A stretch of DNA of 63,246 bases, the filler included, from Choristocarpus tenellus KU-1152 (lineage: Eukaryota > Protista > Phaeophyceae), in NCBI GenBank assembly GCA_964200185.2. It is 13 parts of 13 records of this genome, joined end to end, with 100 filler letters (N's around TTAATTAATTAA, not from the genome) between each part and the next. Parts side by side here need not be neighbours in the genome. Positions count along the whole stretch, not along the records: positions 48,589 to 56,772 come from CAXNAD020005035.1; positions 56,873 to 60,196 come from CAXNAD020020792.1; positions 60,297 to 63,246 come from CAXNAD020023430.1; 10 more parts are not named here. One strand, given 5' to 3'. The notes under the pieces were generated by a model. It was not told the origin of the DNA and ran no database searches. It was given only the letters and a program-made list of their open reading frames with translations. Numbering within the stretch: position 1 is the stretch's first letter; each line of letters opens with the position of its first letter. A program made the position numbers and the translations under genes. Positions 52,143-63,246 of this stretch are shown piece by piece.

Positions 52143-55100
52143 GAAGTTCACTGTGCCAATCAGAAAATGTGAAGACAATCACTAATACATACAAGTATCC
52201 TCACTCGCCCCACCAGCAGCTATACACGCAACATGTTTTTGGTATTATCACTGTACATGCATGAAGGAAAGAGCCGGCATGTATTCCTGCCACATCCTTA
52301 AACTCACCACACCATTCCGAAATGACAGCGCCAACTCTGGTGGTGTAGCCTCAGGGCTGAAGTTTACTATCGGTGAAAAGCGTGGTACTGCACTCTCCAG
52401 ATCTATTGCCCTCAGACGCCCATCTGAGCAGAGCACAAGGTTGTCCAACTTGAGGTCACACCATACCAACCCTGCCTTGTGGATACACCTGCATTACAGC
52501 ATATGGTCAGTCCTGAACAAACACATTCTACTTCACTCAGCTCAGCAACCCTTGGCAACTCCTTTCGCACCTACAACACCGAGAGTGTACCTGGTCATAG
52601 TCATACTGCAGATTGATTCACCCTTCCTACTCTAATCACACAAAAGAGTTTCCCTGGATGAAATTCCGATAGGTGTGGAGTACTGCAGCAGAAGTTGACC
52701 TTGGTGAGAAGGTTGGCCTTAAGCCACTATCAAGTGCTTCTAGCAAAGAATACAGTATGTAGTACACAAAGGGGGATACAGGCTTCAAAGCTACAACTTG
52801 CATCTCAACCCACACACATAACCTAAAGGGAAAAGTCATTCCAGAGGTATCTGGATTTTAGGACACACTTTCCAACCCTAAAGTACACCAACGGCATTGG
52901 CAGCCCACAAGACACATGATCATAGTATATGCTCTCTTTGAACAATTAAACAGTCCCACTACACATGTATCTTCCATGATGTTCATGTTCCACAATGGCC
53001 AAGATTTGCTGCAATTGACAAGGCATGTGTGCTATTCAACTCTGCCCTGTGCTCCCCCATACGATAAACTCTAGAGCCGCATGCTACTTAGTGGCACCCA
53101 TACAAAGAAACAAAAACAACTATATTCATATTGCTCATTCCAAGCACCAACTCATTCAGCCCCACCTCCACGGAAACAAACTCTGTGCCAACTCCATTTT
53201 GCGCCCTATCTAATCAAATGCCCCGCCCACCCCTCTCACCTAACAATAGCATCCATATCTGCCAAGTATTTGCGTAGTTGTCTCTTACCAACCCCACCCT
53301 TCCCAGAGGTGTCTGCGAGTTTGCGCATGTCCGTTGTTCCGGCTTGCATGACCATCACAGAGTCACCCCTCCAAAACAAACACAAACACAACGATCAATT
53401 GCAAGAAATATTATTCAGGCTCTTGTTATGATACAAGGAGGGTCCGGAAGGTGGCTATGTCCAAAGCAGAAAGGCATATTTGTCAACGGCAATTCACCAA
53501 TGGTAGAATATGCCAGTCATAGAGGTTCTAGGTACGTGCCAGCATTATGGGAAGGCACATAGTGATGGAATCTGGTCAAGTGAGATCATCACCATGTGGC
53601 AAATATATCTCAAAGGAAAAGTAACAAGCAAGTTGCCCTAGGCTAACACAGCCCAGACCTGTTGGTTAATACTGACCAAAAATGTACCCCAGTGCAAACA
53701 CTTGATGAAAGGAAACTAGACCAGTCAGAATTATAGGCTCAACCTGTACCTTTGTCTGGAATGGCCAAAAGTCAAAGTCCTTAGAATAGCTAGAATTGGA
53801 GTCATTTGCTCGAAACATTACTGGGGTCTACGTCTAAACATATACTCCAAGGTTGGCTCAAAAATGAGGAAAATTCCCAACATTCTATTTGGGTTGATTC
53901 TATAAGATGCAGGTGGTTTAGCAAAGATCTAATTCATTGTTTCATCAAGAAAATACACAGTGGTCACGTGCAGTGTCTCAAATAACTTCATCTTGCCTGT
54001 GCTCAAGGCACAAGAGCCTGAGTATACAAGGGCAATAACTTTAGAGAGAAAAAGCACCAAGTACTCCAAGAAGCAAATACACACCAATGCTGTATGTATA
54101 AAGTGGAGATCTTATTGAAAGATCCAGTCACTTCAATGTTTTCCAACTCTGCCTTGGGGGGATGACTCAAGATGACGCCATCAGTAGAGAGTCAAGAATG
54201 ATTGAGGGACTGAGGCTCGCAGGTACAGCTGTTGTGTTCTGCTTACTGCTGCCCTGGACATGGCAAAGCTGAGAATTGTGTTGCCCATGGTTTTGACTTA
54301 ATCATTCCTTTTAGCTGCAAGTTTAGAGCTCCATTACACTCAGTAGACTACCAAAATTTAATTTAATTCAATTTCCCTTGATCCACTATTGAAACAAATA
54401 TAAAAACAGTACAAATCCATGAGGTTTAGTATGAACAGTCCTTTTTTGTACCGGAGGACTGATATGGTTGGGCATGATCAAAACTCTATAGTATTTGATT
54501 CAGCAGATACGAGTAGCATGCAAGCACTCACCAAAAATGGAATAATTTTATGTCCCCCCTAGTGATACAATCGTTGTAGTAGGAGACAATCCTCCAACAT
54601 AAACATGGCTCCTCACCTTCCATTATAATTCTCCAAAAATTCTACAAAGCCTACAAAGAGCTGAGAGCTGGTCTTGGTCCCGTTGCTTTTTTGCACGCGG
54701 GAATTGTTTCCTACCTCCCTCAAAGCCAGAGCTGCATTGACTCGTGAGGTTACTTTGAACTTGAGTGGACTGCCCTGTTCACAACATGTGTGAGAATGAC
54801 AAAAAACAGTGGTGAGTCTAGTGAAGAACAGGATCCAATAGCACAGGCATCGATTGTGGGTCAACAACATACAGTAGTCACATTTCATTATCTCTTCCTC
54901 CATGAACATTGATGGGTGAAGGAAAGCTGTATTTACGCAACTATCATTGGAAGACCTTTGGAAAAGGAACTGAATTTGTCTCTTCCACTGCCTTTTGCCC
55001 ACTCAACTCCTTGCCCACTGCTGCACCACTCATGATGCGGCTTTTGCCGCTGCTGATCTTTTGACCGCCCTGATCCATCATATATATTCCTCGTTCCCCT

Positions 55101-56246
55101 TCAATAACCATTCTCTGCCCCATCTTCAGGCCACTGGATGAGGGTGTTGTTCCCTGGACCGATTGTTGACCCTTGCTGTGAGATGGGGACATAAAGAGAA
55201 GTACAGAGGTGAGGGACCGAGTCAAACGCTTCTTCCACACTAACATGTAAACAACAGCAATCGGTCGGGAAAGTGGAACCAAATTAGGGAAAACTTGAGC
55301 TGCTTGCACACCTAAAGTACCACGGTTTTAGATATTCGTCCATCAAACATAACACCCAAGCCCTTTTACTGTGTGTTCATTGTATTGTAAGTCTGTCAAG
55401 AAATTGTCACATGTTCAACAGTAGCCTACGGGCGACGCCCAGATTAGGCACCCTATATAAAGCGGGGCTGCACTGGGAGACTGATCCCTTGTAGCCTGTG
55501 CTATGTCTATCTTGGAGTAACACGTTTAAGCCACCAAACTCCCATAGTCCCTTGAGAAGCACATTTACGAGCACCTTACATATGTGATCTGTAAGTCCAT
55601 TCAAATTCGATGGATGCGTTCCATTTTCGACAGGATTTAACCTTTCCATCACCACTGCAATAAACCAGAGCTACAATTTTATCCCTCGAAACAAATGCCA
55701 CCCTTACCTCGCGCGTACCAAGAGGCTTCTTCGCCTCGGGTCTGTTACCATCGTCAATGCTACTTCCACCACGTCTTCGAGATCGATGCCAGGAAGGTTT
55801 GCTGCCACTCCTTTCTCCATTGACCGAATGAGGTCGTTCGCGGCAATGGCTCCCCGAAGATACTGCAAGTATGGAGGGATAAAATGTCGGAACTCCGGCC
55901 GAGACTACGGTTGCAACCTGCAAGGACCACCAAGACGTGCTTATATCTTCAATTCAGTTGATGTCCTCCAAATTTGCAGTAAACGGGTTCTGACCTGGTC
56001 TACTTTCTGGTTGAGTACTTTGTTCCTCATAATATCTTCCCTTCTCTTAGTTCCAAGTTTATCCACGCCTTGGTTGGATTGCCCAAATTCGAACAACGCC
56101 ATGCGACAGATATTCAACCTCTGACGCATGAGTGAGGAGGTATACACAGGAGACAGAGAGGAGCCTAGATAGAATGGATTAACCAGCTCGAAGAACAACG
56201 GGCTGAAAGAACACGCGAATATCACCGCGTTGCGACATCGGACCAT
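50480..56246 (-). CDS. Atypical Ser/Thr protein kinase, complete 8-exon model (~453 aa), possible bipartite presequence
   Basis: Exons 56246-55995, 55862-55708, 55175-54956, 54774-54617, 53368-53240, 52488-52308, 51514-51407 and 50638-50480 total 1362 nt and keep phase throughout. Motifs: CIHKAGLVWCDLKLDNLV, AIDLESA, ATPPE, DVWSLGM, LLKGLLDPDPKKR. Confidence 0.85.
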
Positions 56247-57459
56247 GTCTTCCTTTCTGAATTGGAGATGTCAGACTCCCACACCTAAGCAATGCGAAAA
56301 TAGTGGTTGTATTAGTTTTGAGTTGTGTTTTTTATAGAGGTTGGAAACTGGAAATTGTTTGTTCTGTGTTCTGATTGGTGGGTTTTTGCACCGACTATGT
56401 TTTCAAAATATGACTCAGCAGAGGTTCACAGCTGATGACGTCACTCCGAAATATATTTTCTTTAGTGTAACGAGTACCTTTTCCCCTCTCTCTGGGTTTG
56501 TCCCATCACAACTTTTGATGTTGACGCCGGAATAAAAAAATAAAAGCATATTCGTGATGTCCATCACATGGCCCTCCACTCCAGCATATTCGTGATGCCC
56601 GTCACAAGGCCCAGGGTACAGGCTTCGTTTCTATATTTTTTATATTTTTGATGAAAGAGCGCTAATATTTTGGTTCGAACCCTGGATTGTAGGTCGCCAA
56701 GAGTGGCAACAGATGCACTATTACTTGATTGAAGTATAGGTTTGGGTCAAAGTATCCGGGGGGGGGGGGCGGNNNNNNNNNNNNNNNNNNNNNNNNNNNN
56801 NNNNNNNNNNNNNNNNTTAATTAATTAANNNNNNNNNNNNNNNNNNNNNNNNNNNNNNNNNNNNNNNNNNNNATGCTTACCACCGGATATATTCCAACGA
56901 GAAAGGCATGGAGTGCACCAAATTGGACAGGGTGTACAACACATTTAAGTCTTACAGGAGGCCTGCACCTTTAGAATACCTCATTTGACTTGGCATGGAT
57001 TGTCTGGTTGAGAGGCCTGGGCCCCCATGAGTGAGCCTTAGCCAGCAGGTGACAAAATTGCATAAATCGGAAATAATGGACAAAATGCTCACTCTGCAAT
57101 AATGCCCCTGTCACACACTTGGATGTAATACAATCAGAGTTAAAACCATCTACGGAAACCTTGCCAGTCAAGGTAACAAGCCTCTCCACAGAGCATGGAT
57201 TTCTTTCGTTGAGTATCTCATGAAGTAACACTGAATTCACATCACATCATTCTTGACTGAGAGATCAATGACTCCAGTTACAAAAGAACAAATACATCAA
57301 TGACTTGCATCACAACCATATCAACTCATACCACAGACTACGTATTTTACTCATCAATCGGTGCTTTACAACACCATGATTCCTCTTCACTTGTAGTCTA
57401 CTCATTTCACTTACATATACAATGCATTCGATTCAGGTTTCAACACAAATCATATCCCA

Positions 57460-60119
57460 CGTGTTACAGTTGTAGATTAGATAGATGTGGATTGTTCGAT
57501 ATGAACGATGGGAGTTGTAAAGGTAATTGATGATCCAATGATGTTCTACCAATGATGAACAGTTGGGTAACGAACAGTACCGATGTGTGAATAACAGTCA
57601 GTATGAATTGTTAATACTGTATTGTATCAGTAACAGAAAAGATGAGTAGCCTATGTTCCAACAAAAGGTCAAGAGGGCCAGCCTCAGAGGCCTCAATAGA
57701 CGTGGCGATGCCGCAAAACAAGGGGGGGAGGCCAAGGAAAGACCAGGCAAGGGTCTGGACAGCTGCAGCGAGGAAAAAAGAGGGGTTTTCGACAGAATTC
57801 CAGGTCCTCCACTAAGATTACTGAGACTGGGACAGCAAAATTGTGGTGGCAGATTAGAACAAGTAAAAGTGATTATCATCATATATATGTCAATGGATGA
57901 TGAGATGCTTATGCAGTGGATGGTGAAATGTCTGGCTCTCACATTAATGTCAAGGTATCACCAGAAGAAGATGATTCATGTCTCAGCAACGCATCATACT
58001 ACCATGGTTTTGATAAGGAGGTGAAGTGTCCTGAGGCAAAATCCAAGGGGTACAATACAGACCTGTTGCACATATATAACATTGAAACAATCAAGATTGG
58101 GCGGAGAGGGAGAGACCACAACTTAAAAGTGCCAACTCTGGGAACCATTCCCAACGATAAATCTCACTGTAGGAACGACTTCAGTAAGGAGGAGGCTGCC
58201 GCTGTGACGAGGGCTTTTTTCCAGAGTCACTATCCAGATAAGATGCTCGAGCTATTAGAGGTATCCCTGAGGTAGAAGGGTTGGGATATGATGTGGACAC
58301 CGCTTTATATGCCCAAGTTTCTACCCATAGGCCTGTTTTGGCAGCACAGGAAGTAGTAGGTCAGCTCTCAGTATGCAAAGGGGAGAACGATTGCCCTAGT
58401 GAAAGGTCAGATAAGGCTGGGGTGGTACACGACCCTAACTGGGATCAGATTAAGGGTGGATAGAAACTAGCACACCGTGGCAAGCTGGTTGCCCATGCAT
58501 GCCCAGAGGAAGACGACATTATACATCAAAACAGAGAACCAGAAATTGGAGGGAGACATATAGAACCTGAAGAATGTTCCGCATGAGCTGAAAGATGCGA
58601 ACAAGTTGGCGAGAACAATAGATGCTGTGGAGGGGGGAGTACATGGTGATACTTTGCAGGAGTATGAGGTGAAACTCATTCAAGAACAAGAACGTCAAAG
58701 CTGACGAATCTGAGCCTGTGGTCCTTAGTCCTATATAGTCCTATATACAGTATCTATCCTGCTTTAAGCACGGAGGGGTAACCAGCCAGAGAGAGCCTGC
58801 CCACACACCATGATGTAGGTTTAAGCGTGTATGTGGGGGGGGGGGTTGGTAAAAATGTAAAGCAAGTCCAAAAAATGTGTGCAGAGGGGTTAAATTTGTT
58901 AGAGTGTTTCTGTTTGTCTTATGTCTGCCAAAGGCACAGAGAAGATTGGAATTAGTCTGCAACGTCGTGCCTGCATTCACGTTGATCTTGTTGTGAGACA
59001 ATCCTTCCAGCACACTCTCCATAATGGACATGTTTGTGTTGATGAACCCATTCCAGGTTACAGTAACCGACTGAGAGTCCACCATGTGAAGGCCCTTCCA
59101 GATGGGGTACTCGTTCCAGTTGCACCTCACATGTCTCATTTATGCAAGAGGTTGAACCACCTACCTCCCTCAGCACTTGTCCTTTCTACACCAATGGGCT
59201 CAAGGTTAGGCATCTTGCACCTGGATGGGGCAGTGCAGAGAGTTCTTGGTACATGTGAACACTTGAACACTCTGGATAAACTTTAGGAAGGAAGGGACTA
59301 AGACCAAAGAAGAACAAGTACATAAGAAATTAGGGAATCCGGAAAAATTGGATAGAGGAGAGATAATTTATGATCGGTTGTCAACTCACAGTAGGAAGTT
59401 CACCACTTTGGAAGGACTGTCAAGGGCAGTCCTGACCTCTTCCAAGTCACACCCTTCCTCCTTCCAAAGTCGCAGGCACAGGAGCAATTACGTTTCCCTC
59501 CCTGAAGCAGAATCCTCTGGTGTGCTTTATTCCAGTTGTTCCCTTAAGTACAGGGTCAGAATGTCGGTGGACAGGTGATGCATGCAAACACAGGATCTTC
59601 ACAGCAGAGGAGGATATACATTGTGAGTATAAGATGGTCGTAGTTGTTGTATGTGTGAACAGGATGATTTAGTTTTTGATGTCAAATGTGTTGTAGTTGA
59701 TGTGGTAGTCTTTGTTCTCAAATGCATAGTTTCATGTAATGGAGTGTTGGTGAAGTCTCCATTTTACATCATTGTCGCTGTGCCGACATAGAAGGACCTT
59801 GTCAAGATTATGCTTGACCATTTGTGAGAATATAATTTCAAGTAATATTTTATGTGCGGACAGACAATGATGCAGAACATTAACGATATTTAGGTGGGGT
59901 ATTTGACCAGAAGCAATTGACGGAATGTTAAAGTCAGAGTATTTCTGATGTGCTAGAGAACTGTTGAGTCCTTTGGTATTCTGAGTCATTTACTGCAAGG
60001 TGTGGTGAGCCCCATCTAATGGTGTTTCACTCTCTTCTCTACTGTGATACAAGTTAATAAACAATAATATAACTGGTGTGGGACAAAAGATCGTCAAGGA
60101 CAGCTTAACATGCTATAGC
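57460..60119. mobile_element. Heavily decayed LTR-retroelement-like sequence ending in a copy of the Copia LTR
   Basis: Stop-riddled gag-like coiled segments, CpG-depleted composition and an LTR copy at ~59800-60119. No clear pol motif was recognised. Confidence 0.35.
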
Positions 60120-60296
60120 TTTCTTTATAAGCATATGTGGAAAGCATGTTTGTCTGTTGTTATACCGTTATTGCCGTATGCCATATACCGTTATACNNNN
60201 NNNNNNNNNNNNNNNNNNNNNNNNNNNNNNNNNNNNNNNNTTAATTAATTAANNNNNNNNNNNNNNNNNNNNNNNNNNNNNNNNNNNNNNNNNNNN

Positions 60297-60345
60297 ATAT
60301 CTGCCTTCCAAGCAGATGTCCGGGGTTCGAATCCCCGCGATTGTA
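60297..60345 (+). tRNA. tRNA-Gly(TCC), 3' two-thirds (5' end cut by contig boundary)
   Basis: Anticodon arm TCTGC-CTTCCAA-GCAGA, T-arm CGGGG-TTCGAAT-CCCCG, acceptor 3' strand CGATTGT-A, and an oligo-T at ~60358. Confidence 0.75.
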
Positions 60346-63246
60346 CATATTAGCATATTTTTCGTTGCGTTCGTCACTTTCACCTAGGAATGGTGAAGTG
60401 GATCAGGCTCTCTTCTCCTATATATTAGCACTCTAAATTTGCACAGGTTAAGAACACTTTCCAAGTTCAACGGCACAACTACTACTGGCCCTTTACGTGT
60501 ACTTCTACGTCAACTGATTTTGGTGTTGATACCTTGATTTAAATTGAGGCTCATCGCATCAGATAGTGGAGTATGGGCGACTAGGGAAAGAGAAGGAAAG
60601 AAGGATTCGAGCACAAGAACCATCTCTATATTTCTATTTTATGGGATCTGTCTTTGTTCACGTTATTTTGCGTATGACCAATCAATGCTCGGTGTTTGAC
60701 CTCTCCAATTTGTGAAACAAGTAGTGGTGATCAGAGTTCCCCCGTAAGGGTTTCCCCAAGCACGTATAATGCTCGCACATACAAGGACTCAGGAAGAAAT
60801 ACTTGCGCTATTCGCACGTAACACATACATTAGAATTTGTGCTAGGAACTGTCGACACAATATTATGTACTTCGAAGTATGTAACAGTGCCACGGTTGAG
60901 AGGGCACCTTGTAGTCCGTAGTAGTTGGTTGCTACAGGACATGAAACGAAACTGCATCCCTAATATACTCTGTGCAACATGTTGAGCATTTCATCATGGA
61001 GATGTTATCTCAAGCTGATTGTATGTGGCATCAGTCCGCTTTATTTTTAACACCGCATGATTGCCACTGTGCTAGAAACCTATTTGATGATACACAAGTC
61101 TTATAGATAGTTCTTTGTAGTCTCACGGCATGTGTGTTGAAGAATTGTAGAGAATGTCGAGGTCTCTGGAAAATGCATACAGGTGGATCATGCAAAGACC
61201 TGTTACGGCACGCTCCAGAAGCTTACCTCCACAGGTCTCGCGTGTAACAGGCCTGTTGTTGCCAAGTAGAGGAACAAGTGAGTATCTAAATCTAAAATGC
61301 AGTCACGTAGGTAATAATACTTCGGTGTATATTTACAAAATATATGTGATCAACTAGGTAGTAGTACAAACAGGTTCTACATATGGACTTGGAGTAACCT
61401 GTAACATACTTTTATTAAAGGACAATGACATTTTAATCAATTGCAACTTCTTGTTTGTAACGTACGTCCCTAACAAAAAAAGAGTATCGGGTATCTATGC
61501 TACGGAAAGAGGGCCGTCATTGATCGTCCAACACTCTATTATTTATTTTATCGTAATTTACTGGGGGGGGGGGGGTTGGTTTACAAACGTTGGAATACAT
61601 TATTTCTTTTTATTATGCCCTCTGACATTTTGGAGATGTGTCAGAGGGGAAACCAATGAAAACTGTACACATTGTCAGTTGGAGTACATCCGAAAATCGT
61701 TGCATACATTTTTGAGTTACAAATCTTACTCTGCAAATTTTAGCAAATCGGAGTTCCTCTTTATATGATTCCTCACGTTGGAGTGCTGCTCGCTCTTGTT
61801 ACAACGCGGGAAAAAATGATCGTGGTATTCGCCTGTAACATCCGTTCTTGGATTTTGAACATCTTGTAGGTAGTAACCTTACCTACTTCATTGCACAGGT
61901 GCATGGTGGATTCAATCGGAATACATTGTAGTCCTCTTTGTTTACTCTTGTGCTCTTGTGACCCCATCATAATAATATCTGAAACCCACCCACATACCAC
62001 AACCTCCTCTTGGGTGTTGCCCGAAATTTGAGTAGTACTGTATTAGGAAGCGAAGAAACTATTCCGTTTCACTTGTTCCCGCGTGTATCTCTTCCTCTCA
62101 TCTAATCTAGAGCTCAAGAAGGAGGCAATCTTCTTTCTTATTAGTAGAACTGCTCTATCGCATTGTATTTTTTGATCTGGTGGTTGGTGGACTCATATAA
62201 TGACGCGCACCAGCCTTACTTGTTCCTCTGTTGGCAAGGACCTCCAATCTTCCTCTCACCACCAGCAAACGAACAAATGAAGGGATACTGTTACAATGAG
62301 ACAAGACAACACACAAACATACATATATATATACACGAAACATCATTATCACACAACACTGTGCTGAATCAGATTGGAGATGAAGCCCTGGATACAACAT
62401 ACGTGATGCTGTTGATAGCAGCAGCAACAACTATGGGAGTAACGACATCTTGATATCAACTTCTGCTGGTCAAATAATTCCCCTGAGCTTGGCATGGTGC
62501 TGGTGTTGCACCTCAAGTATTTGCTTCGAAATGATACAGCGAGCAAAACGCCGATCATGGGATAATCAAATCCGACTTCACCATTAACCATACCCACACT
62601 GTATTTGGAAGCACTTTGTAGGAAGACCTTTTGATCCCACAACCAAGAGGGTTAGGTTTAGCATAGCCCTGACCCTAGCACACAACACACACCACATGGG
62701 GCACAACACAGAAAATCAGTGGGTGGATATTATTGAATTCGAGGCTGATGCAACTCACTTAAATCACCCATCTAATACCCTCCGTCCCCCTGAACTGTCC
62801 TGGTGCCCAGCCCACACCCTGTACCATCCTTACAGAAATAAAGAGTGAGGTCTGTGATGTAATCATTTTATTATACGACAGACATTTAGGTCTGAAGGGG
62901 CTGTCTGTGGCACAGGACGCTGGTTGCCCAGCATAGTAAACACAATTCAACTTTATCCCAATCAACTATCCAAAGAACGCACTCAGCTTCTCCCAAGTTT
63001 GGGCAGGATCATGCCCTCTTACACCACCAACATGACCATCACCACCTCTACTCCCAATGACAAACGGAGGGCAGGGAGGGGGGGGCATACGCCTATCTCT
63101 TCTCCTGCACCCAGCCCCTGCCCTAAGTCTGTGAAGGCCTTCCTCTCCTGCGGAAGGTGATAGACCAGCCATGAGAGGTTTTGATTGCCCCGCATTATAC
63201 TCCCGGAGCTGAGACAGCATCCTAATTTCAGAGGGTTGTGACTTCC

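Noticed and set aside
55576-55923. ORF-track frame (MQVATVV...) as kinase exon 2
   Set aside because: A different frame (55862-55708, YLRGAIAA...) fits the splice phases and is more protein-like.
61773-63246. Short minus-strand ORFs in the last contig
   Set aside because: No recognisable domain; frames are interrupted.

Overview
Eukaryotic nuclear DNA made of 13 unrelated contigs joined by 12 artificial 100-bp linkers (44 N + TTAATTAATTAA + 44 N), so nothing should be read across a linker. The genes are intron-rich with GT-AG introns, and at least one has a signal peptide followed by a Phe-starting transit peptide. This points to an ochrophyte stramenopile, probably a brown alga or close relative (inference). 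Genes I could splice together by hand: tepsin-like ENTH protein, a K/D/R-rich EF-hand-like protein, a GT31 (C1GALT1/Fringe-like) glycosyltransferase, Mps1/TTK kinase, gamma-tubulin complex component 4, a probably plastid-targeted bacterial-type Orn/Lys/Arg decarboxylase, the 3' end of AATF/BFR2, a complete 8-exon atypical Ser/Thr kinase and a partial tRNA-Gly(TCC). The rest is decayed Copia, Gypsy and DD39D-mariner sequence, satellites and an abundant MITE family. Most notable: (1) CpG-rich gene 5' ends against strongly CpG-depleted gene bodies and TEs, a methylation/CpG-island-like signature; (2) a MITE family with poly-G-split TIRs and a 4-bp TSD, found at about half of the contig ends; (3) two independent long fold-back hairpins; (4) a CpG-rich spliced pseudogene of unrecognised origin. 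All motif assignments are from memory of the families; no database searches were run.
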